DNA of 63,118 nt, filler included, from Reticulomyxa filosa (Eukaryota > Protista > Foraminifera): the NCBI GenBank assembly GCA_000512085.1. It is 24 parts of 24 records of this genome, joined end to end, with 100 filler letters (N's around TTAATTAATTAA, not from the genome) between each part and the next. Parts side by side here need not be neighbours in the genome. Positions count along the whole stretch, not along the records: positions 13,226 to 25,128 come from ASPP01020217.1; 23 more parts are not named here. One strand, 5' to 3'. Shown here in pieces: positions 13,226-25,228 of the stretch. The position numbers and the translations under genes were made by a program. The notes under the pieces were generated by a model that did no database searches, was not told the DNA's origin, and worked only from the letters and a program-made list of their open reading frames with translations. Numbering within the stretch: position 1 is the stretch's first letter; each line of letters opens with the position of its first letter.

Positions 13226-16010
13226 TTTTTTTTTAAATTTGCAAAAAGATAAAATGAAATGATTGTAAAAAATTTGATGGAGGCAAGATGGTGGAATTTA
13301 TGAATTACTTTTTTTACAAGGGACGTACCAAAATGCTGGGTTCCCACCAGTCCTTTCATAAAAAAAAGAAGCTAAGGTCGGTTGCAGATCGTCCACAGCA
13401 AAGTATTCACAAATAAACGTTTTGACATCGAAAAAATTCCAATTTTTAAATACTAGCACTTGCCCTTTCGCTTTTAACTGGTTTCGGATACGTCCAAATT
13501 CTTTTGGAGGTTCTTCGAAACTTGGACAAAATAATGGAGATAGCAGCGGTCGTGATGCGGTAAATAGACTCACGTTAGGTAATTGTTTACAATGGATCTT
13601 AAGACAGCATTTTGTTTTGTGTGTGAAAAGAATGCAACTTATTGTTTTCTTTGGGCCCCTTTTTTTTCAAAATGCAAAAAAGAAATTCATTGTAACCAAC
13701 CATGTTGCATACAAATTCTGTAATTTTCCAATCATCTCCTTGCATCCAGTGCAAATTGTCCAAAAAAATGACAATTTTATTGTTTTTGCTGAAGTATTTC
13801 AATACATATAAACAGCAAGCAGCTCTTTTGTCCATTCGTGATTCTTCATCAAGTTGCAAACACTTTTCAGCTTCTAAGAACTGTGTACCAAAGATATCAT
13901 TGGCCAATGACAAATAAGACTGCAATTCGTCAAAATCAAATAGTGTTTTGATGTGTTGTCTGTAGCTACGGTTTTCTGTGAACTGGGATTCTTTTAAAAT
14001 GGAAGTAAAAATACAATTCCAAACCAAATATGGCCGAGTAACATATTGTAAAGCCTTAGCACAAAAGAGCTGTGTTTCTGCTTCTTTTTCCCCAATCCGC
14101 ATAAACAGACTTTCCAAAAAAAAACTTTTGCTCGTGCCAACGGGGCTCTCTAGCAATAAAACAAATCCTGTTTGTTGCTCAATGCTCTTAGTCCACAATG
14201 CTTCGATATTGGACAATTCAGTTTCAATGCCCACTTCATAGTGGTGGATTTGTTGGTATGTGCTGATTTGAGTAAGCTTTGGGTCGATATCTTGTTTTGT
14301 ATATTTTGGAACAAAGGCATGAATCAATTCATTCTTTCCTTTGACATAAAACGGTTCTTGGGAAAAAAATTGAATGGGAGCATAATCGGGAATGAGTTCT
14401 CGTGTTGTTTTATCAATAAGTATTCCAGCCTCTTTTGTTTTCTCTTGTTTTGACATCAACCTGGAGGCCAAGTTGACTCCATCTCCCAACACTCCATACT
14501 CTCGAGACGTACCCGACCCAAGTAATCCGGTATATATCAATCCTGTGGCTACTCCAATGTAACACCGCACTCTCAACGCTTGCATTTTGCGCAAGAGCTT
14601 TAGTGATGCCAATACTGCACGCGTTGAATCATCCGAGTGTGCTAGCGGTGGGACTCCAAATATTGCAATGACAGTACAACCTGGAGTTCATAGAACACGG
14701 AGTTAATAAATAAATAATAAATGTATACGTATACATATATGTATATATATTGACTCCATCTCTCGCAAAGTGTAACATCACCTTTGTCATCGACGAGTAA
14801 TTTGTTTAAACTCCCTTCGTATTTGTATACACCCTTTTGAATTCCTACTACAACATCTTGGAGCCACTGCAAATCAGATTTGTCCAATTTTTGACACGGG
14901 ACAATTCAACTCCAATGTTTATAAATAAAACAGACACCATCCTGAGTTCCCCGGCCCAGGATGCTTGATAATTTTTTGTTAAATACGGTAACACTGCCGC
15001 AGGGATGTATCGATTCAAAAGTACTTGGAAATTATGGTATCCCTCAATTTCTCGGCATTTGGCCAAATTGGAGCTTATGTTTCGAATATTGTGTGACAAT
15101 CGAGTCACTTTTATAAACCCGTGGATATCTAGTGGCGTCCCTTTTTTCATTTTTTTGTTTGTTTTGTTTTGTTTTCCACTCTATTTTTACTTCATTTTTA
15201 ATTGGCTCTTTTTTTTTTTCTTAAAAAAAAATGGAGTCATCGGACCAACAAAAGAGTCATGTATCAATTTCCACGTATCATTACTAACGATAATATCTCC
15301 TTTGGTGGCATGTTTTTCGCTTTCAAAAGCTTGCATTAAGGGTAGGCCACAAGCAAAGTACTCGATACGGTTATACAGGCCTCCCACATGCAATACATTT
15401 GCCTTTCCAACTCCAATTCCAATTTTCACAGACAAAGAGACTCCTTTTGTTAACTCAGCTTGGTTTAGCTCTTCTTGAATTGCCACAGAACACTGCATTA
15501 AAAATATAGCAAAATACACAAGTGACAAAAAAAATGGACCTCACAGAGCAAACGTAATACAAAATTGTGCAAGTACATGCGCACCTGCACTGCTCTGTGT
15601 GCCATTTCTTTCAGTAACTCTTCACATTTTTCCTCCTCGTTTTTATTTGATTCAGGAGGTACCCATAGTACCAACATTGCATCTCCAGCAAATTTAAATA
15701 CTTCTCCTCCGGCACGTGCGACATGTCGGACTAACTGTTCCATATATCGATTTAAAAAAAAAGCTAATTCTTCAGCCCCTTGAGGACCTTTGCTTGCGAA
15801 CGACTCTGACAGTTGTGTGAATCCACTTACGTCTGCAAACAACGCCACTGTCCAAAAAGTTTGCTGCAATGGAGGTTTAGTGTCCTGATTGGCTAGGGCA
15901 AACTTTATCACTGCATGTGGGAGCAGTGATGATATTATATTCATGTCCATTTGATTAGAATGGCTTTCATGGTTCATTGGTTGTGTTTCGCTTTTCTTTA
16001 TGTGTATACC
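13226..16010 (-). CDS. Soluble adenylyl cyclase (sAC/ADCY10)-type class III cyclase with tandem catalytic domains plus STAND-type ATPase; multi-exon, 3' truncated by contig end
   Basis: C1: VALFADVSGFT, FKFAGDAMLV, VKIGIGVG. C2: NKLLVDDKG|CTVIAIFG, IGVATG, EYGVLGDGVNLASRLM. Degenerate Walker A ESPVGTSKS, Walker B IVIFLDNLHW, RTGGNP motif. Several GT-AG introns; one frameshift in the T5 run at 14888-14892. Confidence 0.92.
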
Positions 16011-16662
16011 TTTAAAAAAAAGTATAATACAAAAAGAGTAATTTAATAATATTGAAATCTCAAATATTTTATTGTGTTGCGTCTTTCTGATATTCAATTA
16101 TCATTATCAACTTCATGACATCAAAAAAGAATCTTCCAATGTGTTCCTTTTTTTCCCCTTATGCTGTTCGTTTGTAAAAGTTAAAATAAAAAACACATTT
16201 GAAAGAATTTGTTGCATTTTGAACTGGTTTTGTTTCGTTTAAGTTTTTAAGCTTTTCTTTTTGTTTTTTACAAAAAAAATTTTTGGGCCCTTTGAATCAA
16301 ATGATAATGTCAAAATGGTGAAATCTTCTAATAATGTCCAAATGAGAAACATGTTGACGAGTATCAGTTCATTCCCCCACAAACCGGCAATATTCTTTTT
16401 TTTCAAAAGTTTGGCACAAAACAAACAATTTTTCCAACATGTATCCCTACAGTTGCAAAAAAAAGACTGTATTTTTATTGCTGGAAATAATGCAATCAAA
16501 AAATGCCAAGTACATTTTGAAAGGGAGAGAAATTATGCAAACAAGACTCCAATGTGATTCTTGCACAAATACAGATAACCAAAAGAGTTGTGCAAGAACC
16601 TAACCATCTGAATCTATGTGCTGGCACAAATTTTTGAGTGTCATTTTTTTTTAGTTTAACAT

Positions 16663-17884
16663 TTAGCTTAGTGCGAAGGATGAGGACAGAGATTGTTTGC
16701 AAAAATTATTCTTGTCAAAGGAATGATAAATTTTCCTTTGGATATTCTTTTTGTGATAAGTGTTGTTTGGATGAGGAATCATTTCTGTTGCGTTCAATTC
16801 GTGTTTTTTCAGTGGAAAGGAAGTAGTCACCAAAGGTAATACTGAGGGACTCGTATCAAGCGTTGTTGTTTGCTTCTCAGGGCTAACGTATTTCTCTTTT
16901 TCTAGAGCATTATTGGGATCTTTAACCCCATAGTATGATTTGATACGATTAATACGCTCTTTGATATCAATGAGTTTGGACGTGTTAGCCCCTTTTTTAC
17001 CTGTTAACAAATTTATAATTGGTTTTATTTTATTTGTTTCTTTTTTTCCACAAAATTTAATATTTTTTTATTGAGGGAGGAAAAGACGGAGGAAGAAAGT
17101 CAGCTCAAGCAGAAATAAAAGCCCTCTTTAAAACAGCACATTGAATGGCGTCATGAGCATGAATGTTTTGACAGCCTTCATTTTTCTGCAAATTTTCCTT
17201 ATTCTGAATTTGCTGTTTTCCAAAACTTTTTTCAAATAGCATTTGCTCCATCATTCGCTGTCTAACTTGCTCTTCTCTTGTTTTGGGTCCAACTGACAAC
17301 ATGCTTTGAGTGTGAACTTTTAAAGCGCGTCCTTGCTGCCTTGAATTGATGGCCTCAGGCGCTTCTTTTGATTTGGCATTATGCTTTGTTGAAGGATGAA
17401 CTACTGCTTTAGATACTTTTCGATGTTTTTGTGTTTTGCTTACTCGTTTTTTCGTCGCAGCGCCAACTGCAGAAAGGGATCCCCCGTCATGGTTTCCCAA
17501 TTTACCCGTTTTCGATTTGACCTTTTGACCTTTTGACTTTTTTTTTGTCCGTGATACTTTACTTGGCCTAGTCTTTACGCTGGTCACAGATTTGGTTTCA
17601 TGGTCTGAAGTGTTGTTGCTCCAGTGAGGACGAGAATGATTAAAGCTTGAAAAGTTTACATTTAATATATCTGAGTGATTCTCTGAACTATTGTTATGAT
17701 GACCGATATCATCAGGCAATATAAGCACGTTTAAAAACATGTTTTGTAATGTCTTTTGCTCTTTGTCATAACCTGCATGGGTTGTTCTATCATTTACTTT
17801 TTCTTGCATTGGCACAAGCGTATTTTGACCATTTCCGTGGCTGTAGTCTGTCCATTCCCAACCACTAAATCCCTTGTCCATCAC
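16663..17884 (-). CDS. Hypothetical Lys/Ser-rich, probably disordered protein (at least two exons)
   Basis: 259-aa stop-free ORF 17105-17884 plus ORF 16663-17010 preceded by a ttaacag acceptor; no recognisable domain. Confidence 0.5.
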
Positions 17885-18915
17885 AAAACCAAAGCTTTTT
17901 GTTTTGCTTTTATTTTTATTTTTTTTTATTTTTTTTACTTTATATTTGTAATTTATTTTACTTTTGCAAGTTCCGACAATTTATCATAATGAATTTTCAT
18001 CTTTTTAATTACTTTTGAAATGAAGAAAAACTAATTGATGCCACTTTTTGGTTAATTAATTTACCTGAGTAACTTTGTATTCAAGGTTGTATTAACAGAC
18101 TCAAATATTTTAACACAAGGACAAAGCATTTTTTCAAAATGTAATTTATGTTTATCTAAAAAAATTTCAGAAATATCACTTTAAATAAACATCCGTCCAA
18201 TTGCCAAATTATTTTTCCAAAACAAAGCAAACAACCCTCTGAAAGATCAAAGAGAAACCTGACACATGATGCTTACAATAAAAAAAAAGCTGTCAAACAA
18301 GCTCGAAGAGGGTCTGATCTTTTTTGTGAACCTAAATATCCTTTAACAAATGCGGGCAGTCTATTGTACAGCTAAATAAGCGAGTAAAATACGATAATTG
18401 TCAAAACGAACTGTCTCGTTCGATTTTTTCAAATAACTAACTGTTCAACCAGTTTCTTCTTCTGCAATAAACGCAGTCGTCACGATGACGCTAGAGCGAT
18501 GTGAATAGGTCTTTCAATCGAGCAGACGCAGCAAAAAGCGTGTTTTTTTGGTGTTGTTTTGCGACTAAAAACAAGTATTTTAGAGTATTTCCAACTTGCA
18601 TGGGGAAGGGAAGAAAAAAAAGATGGAAACTGATTTGAGCAATTCTGAATGAACGAAACTCAAATTACAAACGGCCCCTTTTTTTTTTAAAGAAAAAAAA
18701 GGGATGACTATCAGGGGACCATGCAAATCATACAAAACATAAGAAGAAAAAGACCAGAAGTAATAACAACAATAATAAATTGAAATTTAACCAAACCTTC
18801 ACAAAAAAAAAAAAAAAAGTTGTTTTTATTTTATTTATTTATTTTTTTTTTAAAGTTCATGAGTCTATATAAAAGTATATAATAAATATTTTTTTTTAAA
18901 AAAAAAAAAAGAATG

Positions 18916-19761
18916 TTAAGAAGATTGACTAAGTCTTAAAGTGCCAGTTTGTGCATCTTTTTCAATTTGTTTTTCCAGCAGTTTGTTGTAAAGCCAATCG
19001 AAGACCTCATCAATGCGAATATCTCCCGAGTTGTCAGTGTCAATTTCATTCCAAAGCACCTCGGTTTGCTGAGGATTTAATTGCAAGAGTTCCTTTGCAA
19101 AGATTTGGAACTGTCCATATCCAATTCTGCCTGTGAATTCACTTTTGTGAAAGGTTGGATCTGAACCACTTCCTATTGTTGTTGTTGTTGTTGTTGTTGC
19201 TGTTTTTGTTGTTGTCGATGTCGATTTTGATGACGAGGATAACGTCGATGAAGGAGTTGTTCGGGAACACAAATAAAGGATTCGCAAAGCTTCTTTCAAA
19301 ATCTGAAAGTTGACTTGCTCTTCCATATATTTTTGCAAGTCGTAACACCCTGGGTTCACATTGGGGTCGCAAAAGTAGTTGACAAATTCGCTGAATGAGA
19401 TTTGGTTGTCCACAATCTCCGAGTCCATTTCACGGAATATCTCGTCCGGACTCGGCTCCGTTATATTGCAGATCTCCAAGAATTTGTACACTTCGTTGCG
19501 CTGCAGGTAGATGTTGTTCTTCTTATACTTGCTATAGCCACTGAATGCCCAAAATGATTGCTCGATTATGTCCTTGAACTTGTCGAAACTTGTTCGGTCC
19601 TCGTTGTCCATCGGCTTACCCAAGTCGTACACCACCTTGTCCGCCTCTTTCGTTTGCATCAGTCCTACCGACGTCGACAATTTACCCCGAACTGGCACTC
19701 TTTTACTTGAGGAGAGAAGCCGAGTTTTGCTCTCTTCTCGATGGCAACAGCAATTACCCAT
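18916..19761 (-). CDS. EF-hand calcium-binding protein with N-terminal myristoylation/palmitoylation motif
   Basis: Likely start MGNCCCH (ATG at 19761 after an A run); canonical EF loop DTDNSGDIRIDE, variant loop DSEIVDNQISFSEF; Ser/Thr insert encoded by a trinucleotide repeat. Confidence 0.85.
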   Translation of the reverse strand: MGNCCCHREESKTRLLSSSKRVPVRGKLSTSVGLMQTKEADKVVYDLGKPMDNEDRTSFDKFKDIIEQSFWAFSGYSKYKKNNIYLQRNEVYKFLEICNITEPSPDEIFREMDSEIVDNQISFSEFVNYFCDPNVNPGCYDLQKYMEEQVNFQILKEALRILYLCSRTTPSSTLSSSSKSTSTTTKTATTTTTTTIGSGSDPTFHKSEFTGRIGYGQFQIFAKELLQLNPQQTEVLWNEIDTDNSGDIRIDEVFDWLYNKLLEKQIEKDAQTGTLRLSQSS

Positions 19762-20527
19762 TTTTTTTTTATTAAGATAATTAATTAATAATGTATATTT
19801 TTGCTTTTTTAAAAAAAGGTCTCGTGTTTCTTTTTTCAAAAAAAAAAAACAAAGACACGTTTTAAATTCAAAATAGATCGAATAACAGCTTATGTCTTGT
19901 GCAACTGTTCAAAAGTATTCTAGGGCGCATATAAATGGAAAAAAGCCAAACAAAAATTTAATTAAAAGTATCCATGTTACTAAAATTACAAATTCTGGAT
20001 TCTTTTAATTACTTGAAATTGGATGCAAATATAAAATCCCAAGTTTAATGTATTTTATTTCAATAAAGAGGTCTCACATTTTTTTTTTACACTATGAATT
20101 TTTTTAAAAGGAAAAAATTGCACTTTTGTTAATTACAATTTTTGCCATAAACAACGCTGATTTTGTTCTTGAATCGCAAAAGAAATCAATTGTCTTTTGT
20201 TGTTGAAACTGATTACATTTTTTGTCGACTAGTCTTTTTTTTTGTTAAAGTAGTAAAAAATGTTATTTGGCAATTTTAAAAAAAAGCAACAATTATATCA
20301 AAATCCAAGAAAACGAATACAAACAAGCACTTCTTTTTTCCAAAAGAATTTGGTTTTGCATACAATTTATATTGAATTGAGAGCCGGATATACTTTGCAA
20401 AAAAAAAAAAATGTCTGCGTTTGCTAAATTTCGAGGTATATTTAATGTGCAAACCAAAAATTGACAAGTAAAAAAAAAAAAGATTTACAAAATTAAGAGT
20501 GAGGAAAAAAAGGAAGTGAAAAGTGCT

Positions 20528-21355
20528 CTATTTGGAAGCGGTATTGGTCTCAAATCTCCAATAGCTCTTCCAATTTTTGCCAGCATTCCAGGCATTCATT
20601 TCAACGCCATAAGTGGGGCCAAACAACTCAACAATTTTGGAATGCCTCAGTTCGCCAGAATACAAGCCTTGAAACCCTTTTTGGGTGTTAATGATTTTGA
20701 CAATGGTGTCAGCTGCACTTTTGTCATCCGAACAAACTTGGACGTGGGCAGGTTTGTCCTCAGGGGGCCTGTCGTCTAAAAGTTTGAAAAATATCGACTT
20801 CCATGCGCAACACCATCTGATCTTTTTGTCAAACTCGTCAGTCCATTGCTTGTTCAACGTAGTTGAACTCACTTGTCCCCATTGATCCTTAAACTGGTCC
20901 ATGTACATTATATTCGTTATATCGCACACTATTTTTCCTTTAAACAATGGCGCCAATTTTTGCAATGTTTCTTTTCGCACATCCAAAGGCGCTTGGATAC
21001 ACCAAAATACTACATCGCTGTTTTTTATGACGGTCTCGTGAGTACCAGCTTTTTTTTTTTTGTTATTATTGGTTATGTTATCTCTCTCCCCCCCCCCTTT
21101 TTTTTTTCCCCTCCCCTTTGGCTTCCCAATTTTGGAAAAAATTTGAACATTACCTTTTATGCTGCCTTCTTTGAGGTTGTTTGTTTTAATCAGTTGGCTG
21201 GCGGTCTCTTGGGCCTTGTTTTCGTCTCGAGAGCTTATCAACACTTTGAAACCTGCTTGCGCGTGGTTTCGAGCCAATGCTGCTCCCATGCGACCTGTTC
21301 CGGGAATAAAGCCTAACACTAACTTCGTTATATCATCATCAGATCCTTGTGCCAT
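20528..21355 (-). CDS. F420-dependent NADP oxidoreductase (FNO/NpdG)-like Rossmann-fold protein; one 105-nt intron (21049-21153)
   Basis: GFIPGTGRMGAALARNHAQAGFKVLISSRDENKA nucleotide-binding motif, SDVVFW, GKIVCDITN, VCSDDKSA, SGELRHSKIVE. Removing the in-frame GT-AG intron gives GSIKAGTHETVIKNSDVV. Confidence 0.8.
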   Translation of the reverse strand: MAQGSDDDITKLVLGFIPGTGRMGAALARNHAQAGFKVLISSRDENKAQETASQLIKTNNLKEGSIKGNVQIFSKIGKPKGRGKKKGGGERDNITNNNKKKKAGTHETVIKNSDVVFWCIQAPLDVRKETLQKLAPLFKGKIVCDITNIMYMDQFKDQWGQVSSTTLNKQWTDEFDKKIRWCCAWKSIFFKLLDDRPPEDKPAHVQVCSDDKSAADTIVKIINTQKGFQGLYSGELRHSKIVELFGPTYGVEMNAWNAGKNWKSYWRFETNTASK

Positions 21356-22136
21356 CACTTCTCTCTTTCTTTTTTTTTTTCAAAAGTGATTTCACTTTTT
21401 TTCCTCGATGACGGCCTGCAGAAAATTTTGAGTTTTTCCTTTAAACTTTTTTGACTTTTACATCACAAACTGTCCACTTATTTTATTAGCACAATATTCA
21501 AGGCTATTATTTCTATGTGAACTTCCGATCTCACAGCATGGCAGTGAAAGATCAGGAGAGTATTAAAGCAATAAAAACGGTTCAGAATACACTTATAAAG
21601 AAGTGTATTAGCAATAGCATCGCTTTTTAGAGTTTTTGCTTTGTTTTACAATTTACGAATAAATGAATTAGTTTTGAATTTTTAGCTTGTCTTGACGTCT
21701 TTTTCTCTTTTCTGTAAGTTAGGTGAAAGTTCGTTTCTTGGGTTCAAACGTCATCAAATTTTCAATTGGATAGTCTTAAAAAATCTACGTCAATAAAGAT
21801 AAAGATTGAACAAAAGTAGTATTCATAATGTACTACATTCGACTCACTGAAGCAGAGAAAAAGAACAGCTCAACAGAATTTGACACGCGAAGCAAGGAAG
21901 CACTGCAATTTATAAAAATACCAGGTAATTGAGTGCCAACGATTGAAAAAAAAATTGAGCAAAAACAGCCAGTGTTTGATGTTATCTTGTTTTTTAATAC
22001 AACTAAATTCATATGCATTTGTTATTTCATTGACATTTAGAATTGTGTCATGCCACCAAGATTGGTTGTGGGACTAATGACGAGCTGTTTATTTTCGATC
22101 ATCAATAGACAACATGATTATAAACTTTGTGGAGGA

Positions 22137-23321
22137 ATGAATGTGGACAATAAGCAAATTGAAAAAATTGATGAGATATATTTGGTAAATGCACATAAGA
22201 ACTAACATTTGTTTCAATTTTTGTTATTGCACACAAGGAATATTTTTCACAAAAAAAAAAAAAAAAAAAGACAGTAAATGAAATCAAAAAAATTTTGGAA
22301 AATTGGATTAGATTGTGTTCAATCCGTTTAGGTTGGATTGATGATTTTAACAACATGGTTGCACAATACGTTAAGTGTGTTTGCAAAAATGATATATGAT
22401 GGGTTTAATCTAAGCATTAATCAACAACTTGTAAAACAGGCCAAATATTTCCGGATATTGAAAGTCTTGCAAAAGCATACGGACGGGGTAGCCAGTGCAA
22501 AATTTTCACCAGATGGTAGCAAAATTGTGTCATCTTCATTTGATAAAACAATTCGAATATGGGATGTAGCATCAGGAGAAGAAATTCGCACATTGATAGG
22601 ACACTTAAGTCGTGTCAACGATGCACAATTTTCTCCAGATGGCAATATGATAGTGTCATGTTCCTTTGATGGAGAAATTCGATTGTGGGATGCGAAATCT
22701 GGACAACAAATAAAACATTTGGAATGCCAATCATTTCCAATAACAAAAGTGCAATTTTCACCTGATGGCAATTCCATTGTGTCTGCATCATGGGATAAAA
22801 CTATTCGATTCTGGGATGTCAATTCTGGAGAAATGACAAAAAGATTGGAAGGACATTCAAAGTGGGTAAACGATGTTCAATTTTCACCAGATGGAGAAAC
22901 AATTGTTTCTTCTTCGAATGACAAATCTGTTCTTTTATGGGATGTAAAGTCAGGTACAAAAATTAAAGAATTAACAGATCATTCCTATGCCGTATTGTTA
23001 TCACAATTTTCACCAAATGGTCTTTCTATTGCTTCTTTACATGACAACACAATCCACATATGGGATGTGAAATCAGGAAAAGAAGTGCAAACATTGGAAG
23101 GGCATTCTGCTCGTGTCAGAGATGTGAAATTTTCGGCAGATGGTCAGGTTATTGTATCATGCTCAAATGATCATACCATTCGATTGTGGGACGTAAGCAC
23201 CGGCATTGAATTCCAAAAATTGATTGGACATTCGTACTATGTAACGGGAGTGGATATATCTCCAGATGGCAAGATGATCGTTTCATCGTCCCACGATACA
23301 ACTATTCATCTCTGGGGGTAA
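22137..23321 (+). CDS. WD40-repeat protein (7 blades), exons 22137-22184, 22271-22369, 22440-23321
   Basis: Seven GH...FSPDG...WD repeats; N-terminal exon NWIRLCSIRLGWIDDFNNMVAQY; two phase-0 GT-AG introns. Confidence 0.95.
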
Positions 23322-23642
23322 TGCCAGTGCCACAAACTAAATAATAACAATCATATATATATATTTTTTTTTTTTAAATAAAAGAAACACTTGAATAACA
23401 TGACAATATGAATGTGCATACTGTTCCTTCTTCTGTTTTTTAACCTTTTTCTTTACTGTTTTGCCTTAATGTTGCCGGAATGGAAACAAATTCACGTTTT
23501 CAAAGAACGTTCTGCTACCAGCTTCAGCGCATTTTCGCAAATACTTTATAAAACATCTTGACTGTGATTTATTCTCTTTCTTGTTCAAAAACTCAACAAG
23601 TTCAATATTAGGTTGTCATCCTCTTTCTGAGAAAAGCAAGAA

Positions 23643-24788
23643 ATGGATACTACAATAACAATACCACAATTGGTAAGACAGATCTATTCATCATTGTAGA
23701 CAAACACAAATGGAACTGGTTGTAAAACAAAGTCAGAAGAAAAGATAAAAATAATCACCCGCCATTGGATCCGAATTTTGAACGTAAAATTAGGTTGGAT
23801 CAATGATTTCGATAAAATTGTTACTAAATACGTTATGTTATTCATTATACTTGCAGATATGTATTTTTAAAAAATGCAAATGAAATATTGATTAAAAATT
23901 CAGGCTAGGTATTTTCAATTGTTAAGAGTTTTTCGAGGACATGATGATATAATAAGAAAAGTCAAGTTTTCAGTAGATAACAGCATGATTGTCTCGTCAT
24001 CAGATGATACAACAGCTCGGATATTAGATGTGGCAACAGGGAAAATAATTCAATGTCTCAATGGCCATACTGATTATGTCCGTTGTGCGGAATTTTCACC
24101 AGATGGATATACTATTGTTTCAGGTTCAGATGATAAAACAGTTCGATTATGGGATGTAAATACAGGAAAAACATTAAAGAAATTAGAGGGACATTTAAGG
24201 TTGGTATTATGTGTATGCTTTGCTCGAAATGGAAAAAATATTGCATCAGGTTCATCTGACAAAACAATACGACTATGGGATGTAGATTCTGGTGAAACAA
24301 TTCGACAATTCTTAGGTCATTCAAGTGAAATATGGGATGTACATTTTTCATTTGATTGTCAGAAGCTTGTGTCAGCATCTCATGATACAACAATTCGTTT
24401 ATGGAATGTAACAACAGGTGAACAATTGAATGAATTGACACAACATTTAGCTCCTGTAACATCTGCAAGCTTTTCTCCAGATGGAAAATTTATTGTGTCT
24501 TCTTCTTTTGATAATACAATTCGAATATGGGATGTACAATCAGGCAAAGAGTTAAAAATATTCAAAGAATATTTAGAAAAAGTAAGAGAGGTTAAATATT
24601 TTTCCGATGGTCAAATGGTTGTCTCTTGTTCATCTGATCAAACAATTATGCTTTGGGATATAAAATCAGAAAAGAGTGTACAGAAATTGAATCAAAATTC
24701 AAGACAAATGACAAGTATTGATGTATCATCAGATGGTACTACAATTGTATCATGCTCTTTTGATGGGATAATCCAAATCTGGGGATAA
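23643..24788 (+). CDS. WD40-repeat protein (7 blades), tandem paralog, exons 23643-23672, 23733-23831, 23904-24788
   Basis: Seven WD repeats; N-terminal exon HWIRILNVKLGWINDFDKIVTKY; same intron positions and same terminal WG-stop as the upstream copy. Confidence 0.95.
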
Positions 24789-24963
24789 CATTTGCTTTAA
24801 TTTACATTTTCTTTTTTCTTCATTAAATATATAAAAAAGATCACAAATTACAAAATATTCTTGTGTAGACAACATTGTACTGTTTCACTTAAACAAAATA
24901 TTTGTATGTATGATAATATTTTCAATTAATCACTCAATTCTTTTACTTTTTCTTTGGATTGTA

Positions 24964-25128
24964 CAGTAGGTTGCAAAGAAAACTGAACGCCTAAAACGAT
25001 ATCTTATGATGATAATTGATTTTCTCCATGAAAAATAAAGATTTAAAACTAACTTTTTTAAAATATATACTAATCTTGTAGTTTTTAAATATTAAATTGA
25101 TTTTATAATAAGTTTTTTCTAGGTTGAT
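24964..25128 (+). mobile_element. End of a Tc1/mariner-type element or MITE (terminal inverted repeat after TA)
   Basis: TA|CAGTAGGTTGCAAAGAAAACTGAACGCCTAAAACGAT; near-identical copies at 38090-38126 (reverse, followed by TA) and 51039-51118. Confidence 0.75.
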
Positions 25129-25228
25129 NNNNNNNNNNNNNNNNNNNNNNNNNNNNNNNNNNNNNNNNNNNNTTAATTAATTAANNNNNNNNNNNNNNNN
25201 NNNNNNNNNNNNNNNNNNNNNNNNNNNN

